From: Fibrobacterota bacterium | GTDB taxonomy: Bacteria; Fibrobacterota; Fibrobacteria; UBA11236 | Assembly: GCA_043753995.1 (NCBI GenBank) | Contig: JAYUVP010000099.1 | Coordinates: 1 to 27,681, forward strand | DNA length: 27,681 bases | Reading direction: 5' to 3' | Shown here: positions 9,364 to 17,015 of the stretch, in pieces | Position numbering within the stretch: position 1 is the stretch's first letter | How the letters are laid out: the number at the start of each line of letters is the position of its first letter | Translations under genes and position numbers: made by a program | The notes under the pieces: model-generated | The model's database searches: none | Told to the model about the DNA's origin: nothing | The model's input: the letters and a program-made list of their open reading frames with translations, nothing else

Positions 9364-10218
9364 TTAACCCTGGATGAGGGACAATACGCTTTGAGGGACT
9401 TGATTGGCTTGGGACAACATCGAAGTGGCGCTCTGTGACAGGATTTGTGAGCGGGTGAATTCGGTGGTTTCCGTGGCAAAATCCACGTCGCGAATGCGGC
9501 TCTCGGCATCCTGGGTATTGAAGACCTGATTGTTCAGGTTGGCGATGGCGAAATCGAGGCGGTTCACATAGGCACCCATGTCGGAGCGCATGGTGTTCAC
9601 CGACTTGATGGCATTGTCGATGATAGACAGTGCCGACAGTGCCGAGGTATTGGTCGAAACCGATGTGGTGCCCGCGGTCATGCCCAAAGCACCCAAGGTC
9701 ATGGCATTGATGGTGATGCTGATGCGATCGATGGCTGCGCTGCTGCCCGCACCGATATGCAATACCGACGACTGGCCGCCACTGACGCCAAAGCTGCTAG
9801 ACCCGCCGTCGAGCAAGGTCATGCCATTGTAGCTGGCCGAGCTGCTGATGCGGGTGATTTCATTTTGCAGCTGCTGGAATTCCTTGTCGATAAAGGACCG
9901 TTCCGTGGTCGTCATGGTGTCGGTCGCGCTCTGAATGCAGAGTTCGCGCATGCGCTGCAGGATATTATTGATTTCCCCCGTGGCACCTTCGGCGATTTGA
10001 ATGAGCGCGATGCCGTCTTCGGCATTCATCTTGGCGCGGCTCATGCCGCGTATCTTGCTGCGCAGCGACTCGGAAACCGAGAGACCGGCGGCGTCGTCCG
10101 AAGCGCGGTTAATGCGCATACCGGTTGACAGCTTTTCCAGAGACTTGGAAAGGGAACGATTTTGTGTGGCTAACGATCCCGCGCCTATCATGGCCGAGAC
10201 ATTATGGTTGATTCTCAT
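9364..10218 (-). CDS. fliC: Flagellin, short 284 aa (copy A, most divergent)
   Basis: Flagellin signatures, with copy-specific changes such as RELCIQS, EFQQLQNE and NRLDFAIANL. Confidence 0.97.
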   Translation of the reverse strand: MRINHNVSAMIGAGSLATQNRSLSKSLEKLSTGMRINRASDDAAGLSVSESLRSKIRGMSRAKMNAEDGIALIQIAEGATGEINNILQRMRELCIQSATDTMTTTERSFIDKEFQQLQNEITRISSSASYNGMTLLDGGSSSFGVSGGQSSVLHIGAGSSAAIDRISITINAMTLGALGMTAGTTSVSTNTSALSALSIIDNAIKSVNTMRSDMGAYVNRLDFAIANLNNQVFNTQDAESRIRDVDFATETTEFTRSQILSQSATSMLSQANQVPQSVLSLIQG

Positions 10219-10222
10219 GCGA

Positions 10223-10260
10223 GCACCTCCGTGTTTGCGATTGGCCCTGCTTCCTTGCAG
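10223..10260 (-). promoter_or_regulatory. Two GGA-loop hairpins (CsrA-type sites)
   Basis: Minus strand CTGCAAGGAAGCAG (10247-10260) and ACACGGAGGTGC (10223-10234, RBS). Confidence 0.7.
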
Positions 10261-10308
10261 AGCGAGACCGGTGGGACTTACCGATCCGCCATTCGCGTTA
10301 CAGTTTTT

Positions 10309-10335
10309 TCATCGGATCATTTTTTGCCGGGGTTA
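10309..10335 (-). promoter_or_regulatory. Sigma-28-like promoter
   Basis: Minus strand TAAC-N15-TCCGATGA. Confidence 0.6.
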
Positions 10336-10443
10336 AGGACTTTTTTTCCATCAAAGCAAAGTTTTGTTACAGGAAAACTTGAAGCTAACGGCGAAGTTAA
10401 AGCGGCACCTGGAGTAACGTCTGAGAGACGTCTCGCGCGGGCT

Positions 10444-11211
10444 TCAGGGAAGGATGCCGAAGCCTATTTTCAGGCCCATGGTCTCGGTCTCGGCCTTCTG
10501 GAGGTTCACGCCACCACGGCGAATGTCTAAGGAATGCCAATGCCAAAAAGGTTGCAGGTTCAAGGTGTATCGCCCGTACCAGGCGCGCAGCCAAGTGTCC
10601 CCTTCGATGCGCAATCCTTGGCCTTCGATGATTTGCGCGTGGCCATCCGGCAGGAGATAGGCATCATAGGTCACTGCAGGCGATAGGCGAATCCATCGCC
10701 CCAAATCGAGTTTCAGGCGCATCACCACTCCGCCTCCGAGAATATCGACCTTTTGCAAGCCCTTGTTTTGTGGGGTGCTAGTGACACTGAGACGACGCCA
10801 ATCGAAATCGAAACCTAATCCGGCGTCGAAAATGCCGCCCATCCCCTGATGGAGCAGGAATAAGCCCTTGTTCAAGGTCAACCAGGCATGGTCGCGGCCA
10901 GTCCTAGCCTCTTGGTCCACCCAATTGCCAAAAGACCAATTCCAAAGGCCAAGCGAGGTGAAGTCAAGTTCAAGAGAGCCGAAATGGGTTTGGCTTACGT
11001 CGCTCATGGTGAAAAAGGCGGGTTCCAGCGTGAAACGTGATGAATATCCCGAAGCGGCGGGAGTGGCTCTACCATGGCCCAAGCCAATAAAGTGAAAGGC
11101 CAGGGCGGAGTTGACCGTTTCGATAGCGAAGGATGAGCTAGCCAGGGCTAGGGTGAAAACCCCGATGGCCGAGGCGAAGCGGTGGTGAAACCGGAAAAAA
11201 GGATTGGCCAA
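10444..11211 (-). CDS. Hypothetical exported protein, possible outer-membrane beta-barrel
   Basis: Signal peptide ending SSFA. Alternating hydrophobic/aromatic strands (FDAGLGFDFDW, YTLNLQPFWHW, GLKIGFG). TTG start with GAGGA RBS. Confidence 0.6.
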   Translation of the reverse strand: MANPFFRFHHRFASAIGVFTLALASSSFAIETVNSALAFHFIGLGHGRATPAASGYSSRFTLEPAFFTMSDVSQTHFGSLELDFTSLGLWNWSFGNWVDQEARTGRDHAWLTLNKGLFLLHQGMGGIFDAGLGFDFDWRRLSVTSTPQNKGLQKVDILGGGVVMRLKLDLGRWIRLSPAVTYDAYLLPDGHAQIIEGQGLRIEGDTWLRAWYGRYTLNLQPFWHWHSLDIRRGGVNLQKAETETMGLKIGFGILP

Positions 11212-11333
11212 GGGCTATTTCCTCTACGCAAATAAAATCGTCTACACCGATAGCGAAATCGCGGCGAGATGGGTCGCCATCCCGCCGAAGGGAATAGCCG
11301 AAGGTAGAAGTTATTCGCGCCGGAGCTCTTGGG

Positions 11334-13022
11334 TCATGGCGCAGCTTGTAGCAATTGGCCATTGACCCTTTGGCTTTCATAAGCCGCCCGTATCCATTCG
11401 GGGCTGCGCTTCACCCAATGCATGGCCACTTCATCCATGTCGCCGATAAAGTTGAAGGTGGTCTTCTGATTGCCATGCCTGCCCAGAGTGATATGCGAGG
11501 CTTGGTTATAGCCGATCTGGGTCGAAACCTTGGTTTCGATAACCTGTTTGCCATCGGCGAATATTGTCAGGTTGGAGCCGTCAAAAGTGACACCCACATG
11601 ATGCCAGGTCCCGTCTTTGAAATTCAAATCTGTCGAGGTCAAAGGATACCAGGCAACACTGCTGTCGGTGCGATTGACCGGGGGCCAAACAAAGGTGTGG
11701 AGCTGGCCATTGGGCATAAGGCGCAATCCGAAATTGTCTCCCATGCTTATGATTTCGCCGCCATTGGGACCCACCCCAGTGCAGCGAATCCAGGCTGTCA
11801 GGGTGAAAGCGCGGTCAGGCTTTTGTTTGGGCCGCAGGGTTGGGATTTCGATGTAATCACTATCGGCAAAAGATTTGCCATAGCCTATGACTCCCGCCCG
11901 GCCAGTATTCCGGATGAGATCATTGCCATCCGCATGCAAAGGCGTGGCGTCGCGATACAGGCCGACATGCGCGACACCTGGATTTTCTTCATTGAGATGC
12001 CAAACGCCTCCGTAGCCGTCGGCGGTGTCGAACACCGTTGGATACTTGGGTAAAGTCGCTTCGGGACGGCCATAATGGACAAAGAGGCTGTGGCCGGAAT
12101 GATTGGGTCGCAAGGTGTCGAGACGTACCCACAATACGCCAAGGCCAGCGACTGGGTCGAATTGTTCTATGGTAAAGGGCAAAACCTGCCCTTCGGAAGT
12201 CGTCACACGCAAGTCACCTCCGTCTGGGCGGGCGGACTTGAAATCAAAAGAGGGCGATGCCAAGCGTAGGGGTAGGCTAAAGCCGACCAGAGCTTGCTTC
12301 AAGCCCATGCCAGTGCTATCCGCCACGATTTTATAGCGTAAGGAATGGGACCAGGAGGAAAAGGCTCCGACTTGACCTTGGGTTGCCTTGGCTACTTGCA
12401 CGGATTCGGCCAGCAAGGTCCGCCTAATCGGTTGTCCAAGAACCTTGGAAGGAGCCGCCAAGTAAACCTTAGGCAATATGCCGGAGGGAATGCCGAAGAG
12501 AACGATGCGTCGCGCCTGGCGCGCCTCTTCGTTAATGGGTGCAAAAGCCGAAGTGCCGGGTGCATAGACATAGCTGCCGGTCTCAAAGGCGAGGCTGTCC
12601 TCTAATTGCACGGCTAAGGAGCCAGGGGAATGCAAAACCTCGGCGGCAAGTTTCATCTTGGACGCTCCCAGCTTCAGGGAGTGGAAAAGCGCGGATAGGC
12701 CTCGCAGACCGGAACGAGCTTCCAAACTCCAGGTTCCTTCGGGGAGAGAATCAAAGGCGAACCAGCCCTCGGCATCACTGACGGTTTTCTGATGGCGTGA
12801 TAAAACGGAATCGTGCGAGGCATCGTGTTCCGGATCATAGGCGGTCACCTGGGCCGAAGCGATGGGCTGGCCGCTTTCATCCAGCAGGCGTCCGAGTATG
12901 CGGGCATTGCCGGTTTCGGTGGCATCACCCCCGTCGGCTAGGTTGCCTGTGCTGCGATCGGAGAGGCAGCTCATGGCCATCAGAGATAGGACGGCAACGA
13001 GACCTTGAAGTAAGGATTTCAT
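11334..13022 (-). CDS. Lipoprotein with carboxypeptidase-regulatory-like, DUF2341 and LamG/concanavalin-like domains
   Basis: Lipobox AMSC followed by GGDATETGN. GRLLDESGQPIASAQV...DAEGWFAFDSLPEGTW (CarboxypepD_reg-like). FDFKSARPDGGDLRV...LWVRL (DUF2341). WHHVGVTFDG...FIGDMDEV (LamG). Start overlaps the upstream stop (ATGA). Confidence 0.8.
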   Translation of the reverse strand: MKSLLQGLVAVLSLMAMSCLSDRSTGNLADGGDATETGNARILGRLLDESGQPIASAQVTAYDPEHDASHDSVLSRHQKTVSDAEGWFAFDSLPEGTWSLEARSGLRGLSALFHSLKLGASKMKLAAEVLHSPGSLAVQLEDSLAFETGSYVYAPGTSAFAPINEEARQARRIVLFGIPSGILPKVYLAAPSKVLGQPIRRTLLAESVQVAKATQGQVGAFSSWSHSLRYKIVADSTGMGLKQALVGFSLPLRLASPSFDFKSARPDGGDLRVTTSEGQVLPFTIEQFDPVAGLGVLWVRLDTLRPNHSGHSLFVHYGRPEATLPKYPTVFDTADGYGGVWHLNEENPGVAHVGLYRDATPLHADGNDLIRNTGRAGVIGYGKSFADSDYIEIPTLRPKQKPDRAFTLTAWIRCTGVGPNGGEIISMGDNFGLRLMPNGQLHTFVWPPVNRTDSSVAWYPLTSTDLNFKDGTWHHVGVTFDGSNLTIFADGKQVIETKVSTQIGYNQASHITLGRHGNQKTTFNFIGDMDEVAMHWVKRSPEWIRAAYESQRVNGQLLQAAP

Positions 13023-13864
13023 GCCATCTCCTGCTTTTTCACCGGAGGCTGGCTTAAGGGGAAGAATTGAATATTGAGTTGCATCACGCGATCGGCATCA
13101 TCACTTAAGCGAGCAATTTCGAGTATTTCCTTGCGGAATTCCTGAATGCGCAATTTGATGCGTTCGGCATCCTTGGCTTGTATGCCTATGGTCATGGCGG
13201 AAATGTCGCGCTCTTCCTTGGGAAATCGATCGTAAACGTCTTCGGCTAGACGGGAAACTTCTCGGTGATAATTGGCCACATGCAAGGAGGCCACCTCATC
13301 TCCCGTGCTGACTATGGGTGCGGTTTGACTCCACGATCCATCTTCTTGCTTGGAGATGAGACCCAGCTTCAAAAGCATTTGCACCGAGGCCTTGGCATCC
13401 TTGGCCGGGATGGGGGGTATCAAGTTTTCGGCCAAGTAGGTATAATCTTCGCCCCAGGGGATTTTGGAAACCAAGGAGCGAATGGCCGGGTGATACCACT
13501 TGGTGTAATAGTCGTATTGCTCTTCCGTGAGGCGGGCGATTTTGAGTCGGCGCTTTTGCGCCAGCATGCGCTGAAAATGAATGTCCTTGGACGTTGCGGT
13601 GCGTGCCTGGGTAAAGGCCACCATGTTTTCAAAATATTCACGCTCGGTTTTACTGAGGCCAATCCCTTTGGCGATTTGATTGGCCGATTCGACGGTAAGA
13701 TTTTTGGTGCCACGCATCAGATGTAAAAGCCAAGCCGTGGAATTCATCCCGGTTTCGCGGGCAAAATCGCGATGGGTATAACCTGTCGTTTCCTTGCGAA
13801 TACGATAATAGTCGCGCAAAAAATCGCGATAATTGGTGTAGTCGAAAACCGCAATGAGAAGCAT
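13019..13864 (-). CDS. TIGR02147-family protein (HTH + DUF4423-like), putative DNA-binding regulator
   Basis: VFDYTNYRDFLRDYY, HTH-like THRDFARETGMNS...GTKNL, YYTKWYHPAIRSL, ERDISAMT, and QLNIQFFPLS. ATG at 13864 chosen for its AAAGG RBS; the ORF track starts at 13870. Confidence 0.88.
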   Translation of the reverse strand: MLLIAVFDYTNYRDFLRDYYRIRKETTGYTHRDFARETGMNSTAWLLHLMRGTKNLTVESANQIAKGIGLSKTEREYFENMVAFTQARTATSKDIHFQRMLAQKRRLKIARLTEEQYDYYTKWYHPAIRSLVSKIPWGEDYTYLAENLIPPIPAKDAKASVQMLLKLGLISKQEDGSWSQTAPIVSTGDEVASLHVANYHREVSRLAEDVYDRFPKEERDISAMTIGIQAKDAERIKLRIQEFRKEILEIARLSDDADRVMQLNIQFFPLSQPPVKKQEMA

Positions 13865-13887
13865 GGTCAACCTTTGAAGTGAAATCT

Positions 13888-13915
13888 AACATAGAGGTAA
13901 ACGGATGAAAGTCAA
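13888..13915 (-). promoter_or_regulatory. Putative sigma-70-type promoter for the TIGR02147-lipoprotein operon
   Basis: Minus strand TTGACT-N16-TATGTT. The -35 lies inside the inverted repeat AAAGTC-aatc-GACTTT (13908-13923). Confidence 0.45.
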
Positions 13916-14089
13916 TCGACTTTGGGTGAAAGCCTCATAATTCCTCTTTTTATCCCCAATGTGCTCAAAATGGCCTTGGGCTAGCCATCCCTTTCCTTTG
14001 CCTAACTTGCAGCTATCTCCTAGGACGGGTAAACGATTTTAAGGACCAAAAAAGGGCCATAAACTCCATATTCCGACTGCCTTTTAGAC

Positions 14090-14121
14090 AAAAAAAAGGG
14101 AAGAGAACTTTTTCTCTTCCC
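14090..14121 (-). terminator. Intrinsic terminator of the PEP-CTERM gene
   Basis: GGGAAGAGAA-cttt-TTCTCTTCCC, followed by an 8-T run on the minus strand. Confidence 0.8.
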
Positions 14122-14158
14122 GGATGGCCATCAGCGACGACGGAGTTTTGCGAAAAAA

Positions 14159-14740
14159 TTAAGCCAAGCGGCGACGCAGGCCAAAGGCAAAGGTCAGCAG
14201 TCCCAGCCCAAAGAGTGCCAAAGTACCGGGTTCGGGTACGGCGGCGGCGGTGGCGGGTCTTTCAACGATATAGCCTTCGATATTACCTAGGAGACCTTCG
14301 TCATTCCAATCCAGCGAAGCATTGCCATGACCTAAGCCCCAAATGGCCAGGTATTGTTCGCTGCCCGGGCCATAGTGGTCATTGGGCTCGGTCGGTGCCC
14401 AGTTGGTATAGGAGAAGGATTCTCCGCCCACCCAATGCCAATTGGCAGTAGCGTTTCGGGTGCCTTGATTTTGATAACCACCCAACCAATACTCCCCATA
14501 GCCACCGAAAGAGGTAATGAGGCCGGCGATGAAGTTTTGCTCGGCGGCGCTGGTGATGGTCGCCAAGCTCCATCCGGTTTCACCGGAAGTCTGGTAAGCG
14601 TCCGTCCAGGAGATACTCCGAGCGGTGATGATGTCATATTGGTGGTTATTGGCGGTATTGAGTATGGGTGCGGCATGAATGGCGCTAGCCAGCAAGGCGG
14701 CTAAGCCAAAGGTTTTTGTGAGGGTGATGGACGAAATCAT
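14159..14740 (-). CDS. PEP-CTERM sorting-domain protein with a C-type lectin domain
   Basis: Signal peptide. CTL motifs LATITSAAEQNFI, YWLGG, YTNWAPTEPND and WND. C-terminal VPEPGTLALFGLGL...RRR. Confidence 0.92.
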   Translation of the reverse strand: MISSITLTKTFGLAALLASAIHAAPILNTANNHQYDIITARSISWTDAYQTSGETGWSLATITSAAEQNFIAGLITSFGGYGEYWLGGYQNQGTRNATANWHWVGGESFSYTNWAPTEPNDHYGPGSEQYLAIWGLGHGNASLDWNDEGLLGNIEGYIVERPATAAAVPEPGTLALFGLGLLTFAFGLRRRLA

Positions 14741-14808
14741 AGGTTCTCCTGCGGGTCAATTCTCGGGGATAGGCCCGGTTTTTCCGCTGTTGTTTGCAGG
14801 AGATAATG

Positions 14809-14823
14809 GCAATAGGCATGCCT
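14809..14823 (-). promoter_or_regulatory. Sigma-54 (-24/-12) promoter
   Basis: Minus strand AGGCATGCCTATTGC (GG-N10-GC). Confidence 0.75.
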
Positions 14824-14897
14824 TGACGGCGATCAGAAAGTTTCTGGGTTTATAGGGGCAAATTTCCGGTGGTATTCGAGGCTCTGGAGAAGCTTGA

Positions 14898-14933
14898 AGT
14901 CGAAGCTTCACGCAATTGTCGAAGGGCTTTACA
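14898..14933 (-). promoter_or_regulatory. Enhancer-binding-protein sites (PrsR-type TGT-N11-ACA) plus a degenerate tandem copy
   Basis: Minus strand TGTAAAGCCCTTCGACA (14917-14933) and TGCGTGAAGCTTCGACT (14898-14914), about 75-110 bp upstream of the sigma-54 site. Confidence 0.7.
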
Positions 14934-15009
14934 AGAAGTTCGGGCTAAATGAGGACTTATTTCCCAAAATCCTCATTTCCCCGTTGACGCAAAACACGTT
15001 AAAAGGAAG

Positions 15010-16857
15010 TCAAATGCCTGCTTTCGCCTTGGCTTGATTGAGCAGGCTTTCGGCGGCCTGCAAATAAGCTTGGTTCTGGCGCGTCACATCGGCGTTACCC
15101 TGGGCATCAATCCATTCGACATAAAACCGGAATTTCGGTTCAGTTCCCGAGGCACGCAGCAAAAGCCAGCTGCCGTCTTCTAGAACCACTTTCAAGCCGT
15201 CCAAGGTGATGACTTGGGCCACGCGGCGGGGCTTGCCGTCGACGCTCAAGCTGGAGCCCGCAATGACTAGGCCCTCGGTCAAAGCTTTCATGACCTGACC
15301 TTTGAGTTTTTGCCAAGCTTCGACGCTAACGCCGGAAAGTTCGACACCGCCCTTGGCGGGATAAAACCGGCCATAATTTTTTTCGATGTCAGAGCGCAAT
15401 TCGCTGAGATTGCAGCCGGTTTCGGCCATGACTTGCAAGGCGGCCAAAAAACCAGCCAAGGCGCATTTCTCCAGGGTATGGCCCAAAAAGGAAATGCCAT
15501 CGCTTTCCTCAAAGGCCATCAGGGCCTTACCGCTGCCTAAGTAAGGCCGAAAATGCTTGAAGCCTACGGAGGTTTCAAAAACCGTTCGGCCTTGCTTGCG
15601 GGCTATGGCCGCGGCCAACCCCGAGCTGGGAACCGTGGTGGCCAAGCCGCCTGGCAAATCCTGATCGACAAAGTGGGCAAAGGCTATGGGCGCAAAGGCA
15701 TTCATGTCGATATCGGCTGCGGCATCGCCGAAGCGAATACGGTCGGCGTCGGGATCAAGAGCTACGGCGAGGGTCAGTGGCCGATGGGAGGCCTTGAGTT
15801 TGGCGATAAGGGGTTTTTGATTGGCGGCGCTGGGTTCGGGTTTCACACCATGAAAGGAATAGTCTTCATTCGTGTTAAGGCGGGCGAGGGCGCCGGCCTC
15901 TTCCAATTCAGCTATCAAGTCTTCACCTAATAAAGACTCGACATAACCTCGCGCCGATCCATGCATGAAGTCGATGGCAATGAGCAAATCATCCTTACGA
16001 CCGCGCAAAAAATCACGAATATGGGCGAGCTGAAAGACTTGCGACTTCTCCGCCACGAATTGGGTGAATAATGTTTTGCCATCCACGAGTTCACGAGCCG
16101 AGGCAGATGCGGCTGGCGCCGGTAAGAAAGCGGCACCTTGCATGAAGGCATTGGCGCCTTGCTCAATGCGCGAGGTCCATTCGACATCGGCGGGACCTCC
16201 GTCGGCTGGATTGAACTTGATGCCGGCATAATCCATGGGATTATGCGAAGGCGTGAAATTGATGGATCCGGCCACGCCAAGCAGACGCACCAGGGCCGAT
16301 CCCACCCCGGTAGGACACATGCCCGCGTCCAGCAATCGAAATCCTTGCGCAATCAATTCGTCGGCGGCGGCGGCGAGAAAGGCATCGCCTAAATACCGAT
16401 TGTCGCGGAAAATAAGCACCCCGGCTTTTTTCACTGCTTCGACATCGGCCAGGCTATTGGCTTTGGCATATTCGGCGGTGGCCATGACTTGGCCGATGGC
16501 CCTCACGGTTTTGCGCACATTGGTGACCGTGAAGCCTTCGCCTATGGCTTCGCGCCAACCCGAGGTACCGAAAACCACCAGGGTAGTGGCCGGGGAGGTT
16601 TGGGCCAAGCTGCCTTGAAATTCGCGGATGGCGGTAATGGCCGCGAAGGCGGCCTTGGCATCGCCGTCATTACGCCCCTCGCCATTGACCCAAGCTCCGA
16701 TGGCCTTGGCGGCCTCCCACAGTTGTGGCTCGCCGTTGGCCGGCTTGAGCCAGGAGTCCACGGTGGCGACCTGGGTCCCCATCTTCTTGGCAAGAGCAGA
16801 CCACAAAGGCGCAAAATCGACGGAGAGAAAACGCTGGCGGGTTTCAGTTAGACTCAT
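15010..16857 (-). CDS. Phosphoglucomutase/phosphomannomutase family protein
   Basis: FGTSGWR, TPSHNP (phosphoserine loop), DPDADR (metal loop), FEESDG and RASGTEP. The start is uncertain (16857 or 16917). Confidence 0.92.
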   Translation of the reverse strand: MSLTETRQRFLSVDFAPLWSALAKKMGTQVATVDSWLKPANGEPQLWEAAKAIGAWVNGEGRNDGDAKAAFAAITAIREFQGSLAQTSPATTLVVFGTSGWREAIGEGFTVTNVRKTVRAIGQVMATAEYAKANSLADVEAVKKAGVLIFRDNRYLGDAFLAAAADELIAQGFRLLDAGMCPTGVGSALVRLLGVAGSINFTPSHNPMDYAGIKFNPADGGPADVEWTSRIEQGANAFMQGAAFLPAPAASASARELVDGKTLFTQFVAEKSQVFQLAHIRDFLRGRKDDLLIAIDFMHGSARGYVESLLGEDLIAELEEAGALARLNTNEDYSFHGVKPEPSAANQKPLIAKLKASHRPLTLAVALDPDADRIRFGDAAADIDMNAFAPIAFAHFVDQDLPGGLATTVPSSGLAAAIARKQGRTVFETSVGFKHFRPYLGSGKALMAFEESDGISFLGHTLEKCALAGFLAALQVMAETGCNLSELRSDIEKNYGRFYPAKGGVELSGVSVEAWQKLKGQVMKALTEGLVIAGSSLSVDGKPRRVAQVITLDGLKVVLEDGSWLLLRASGTEPKFRFYVEWIDAQGNADVTRQNQAYLQAAESLLNQAKAKAGI

Positions 16858-17015
16858 GCCCGCCAAAGTAGGAAGTCCGAGGATTTTACCGGGCCTAGAG
16901 CCGCGCTCAAACCTCATTTGCCGCGCCCTGGCTGCCTTTTTCCACCCACACTAGCCCGGATCGCGATAGATTGAGCCGAGATTGAGTTCCATTCAGCAGG
17001 CTTAAGGAGTGGGTA

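Noticed and set aside
5983..10336. Repeated + strand ORFs (e.g. MSERMVFTDL..., 84 aa) recurring across the array
   Set aside because: Antisense shadows of the four conserved flagellin genes.
11240..11330. Fluoride or c-di-GMP riboswitch
   Set aside because: The conserved core motifs of those families were not found. Kept only as an unassigned structured leader.
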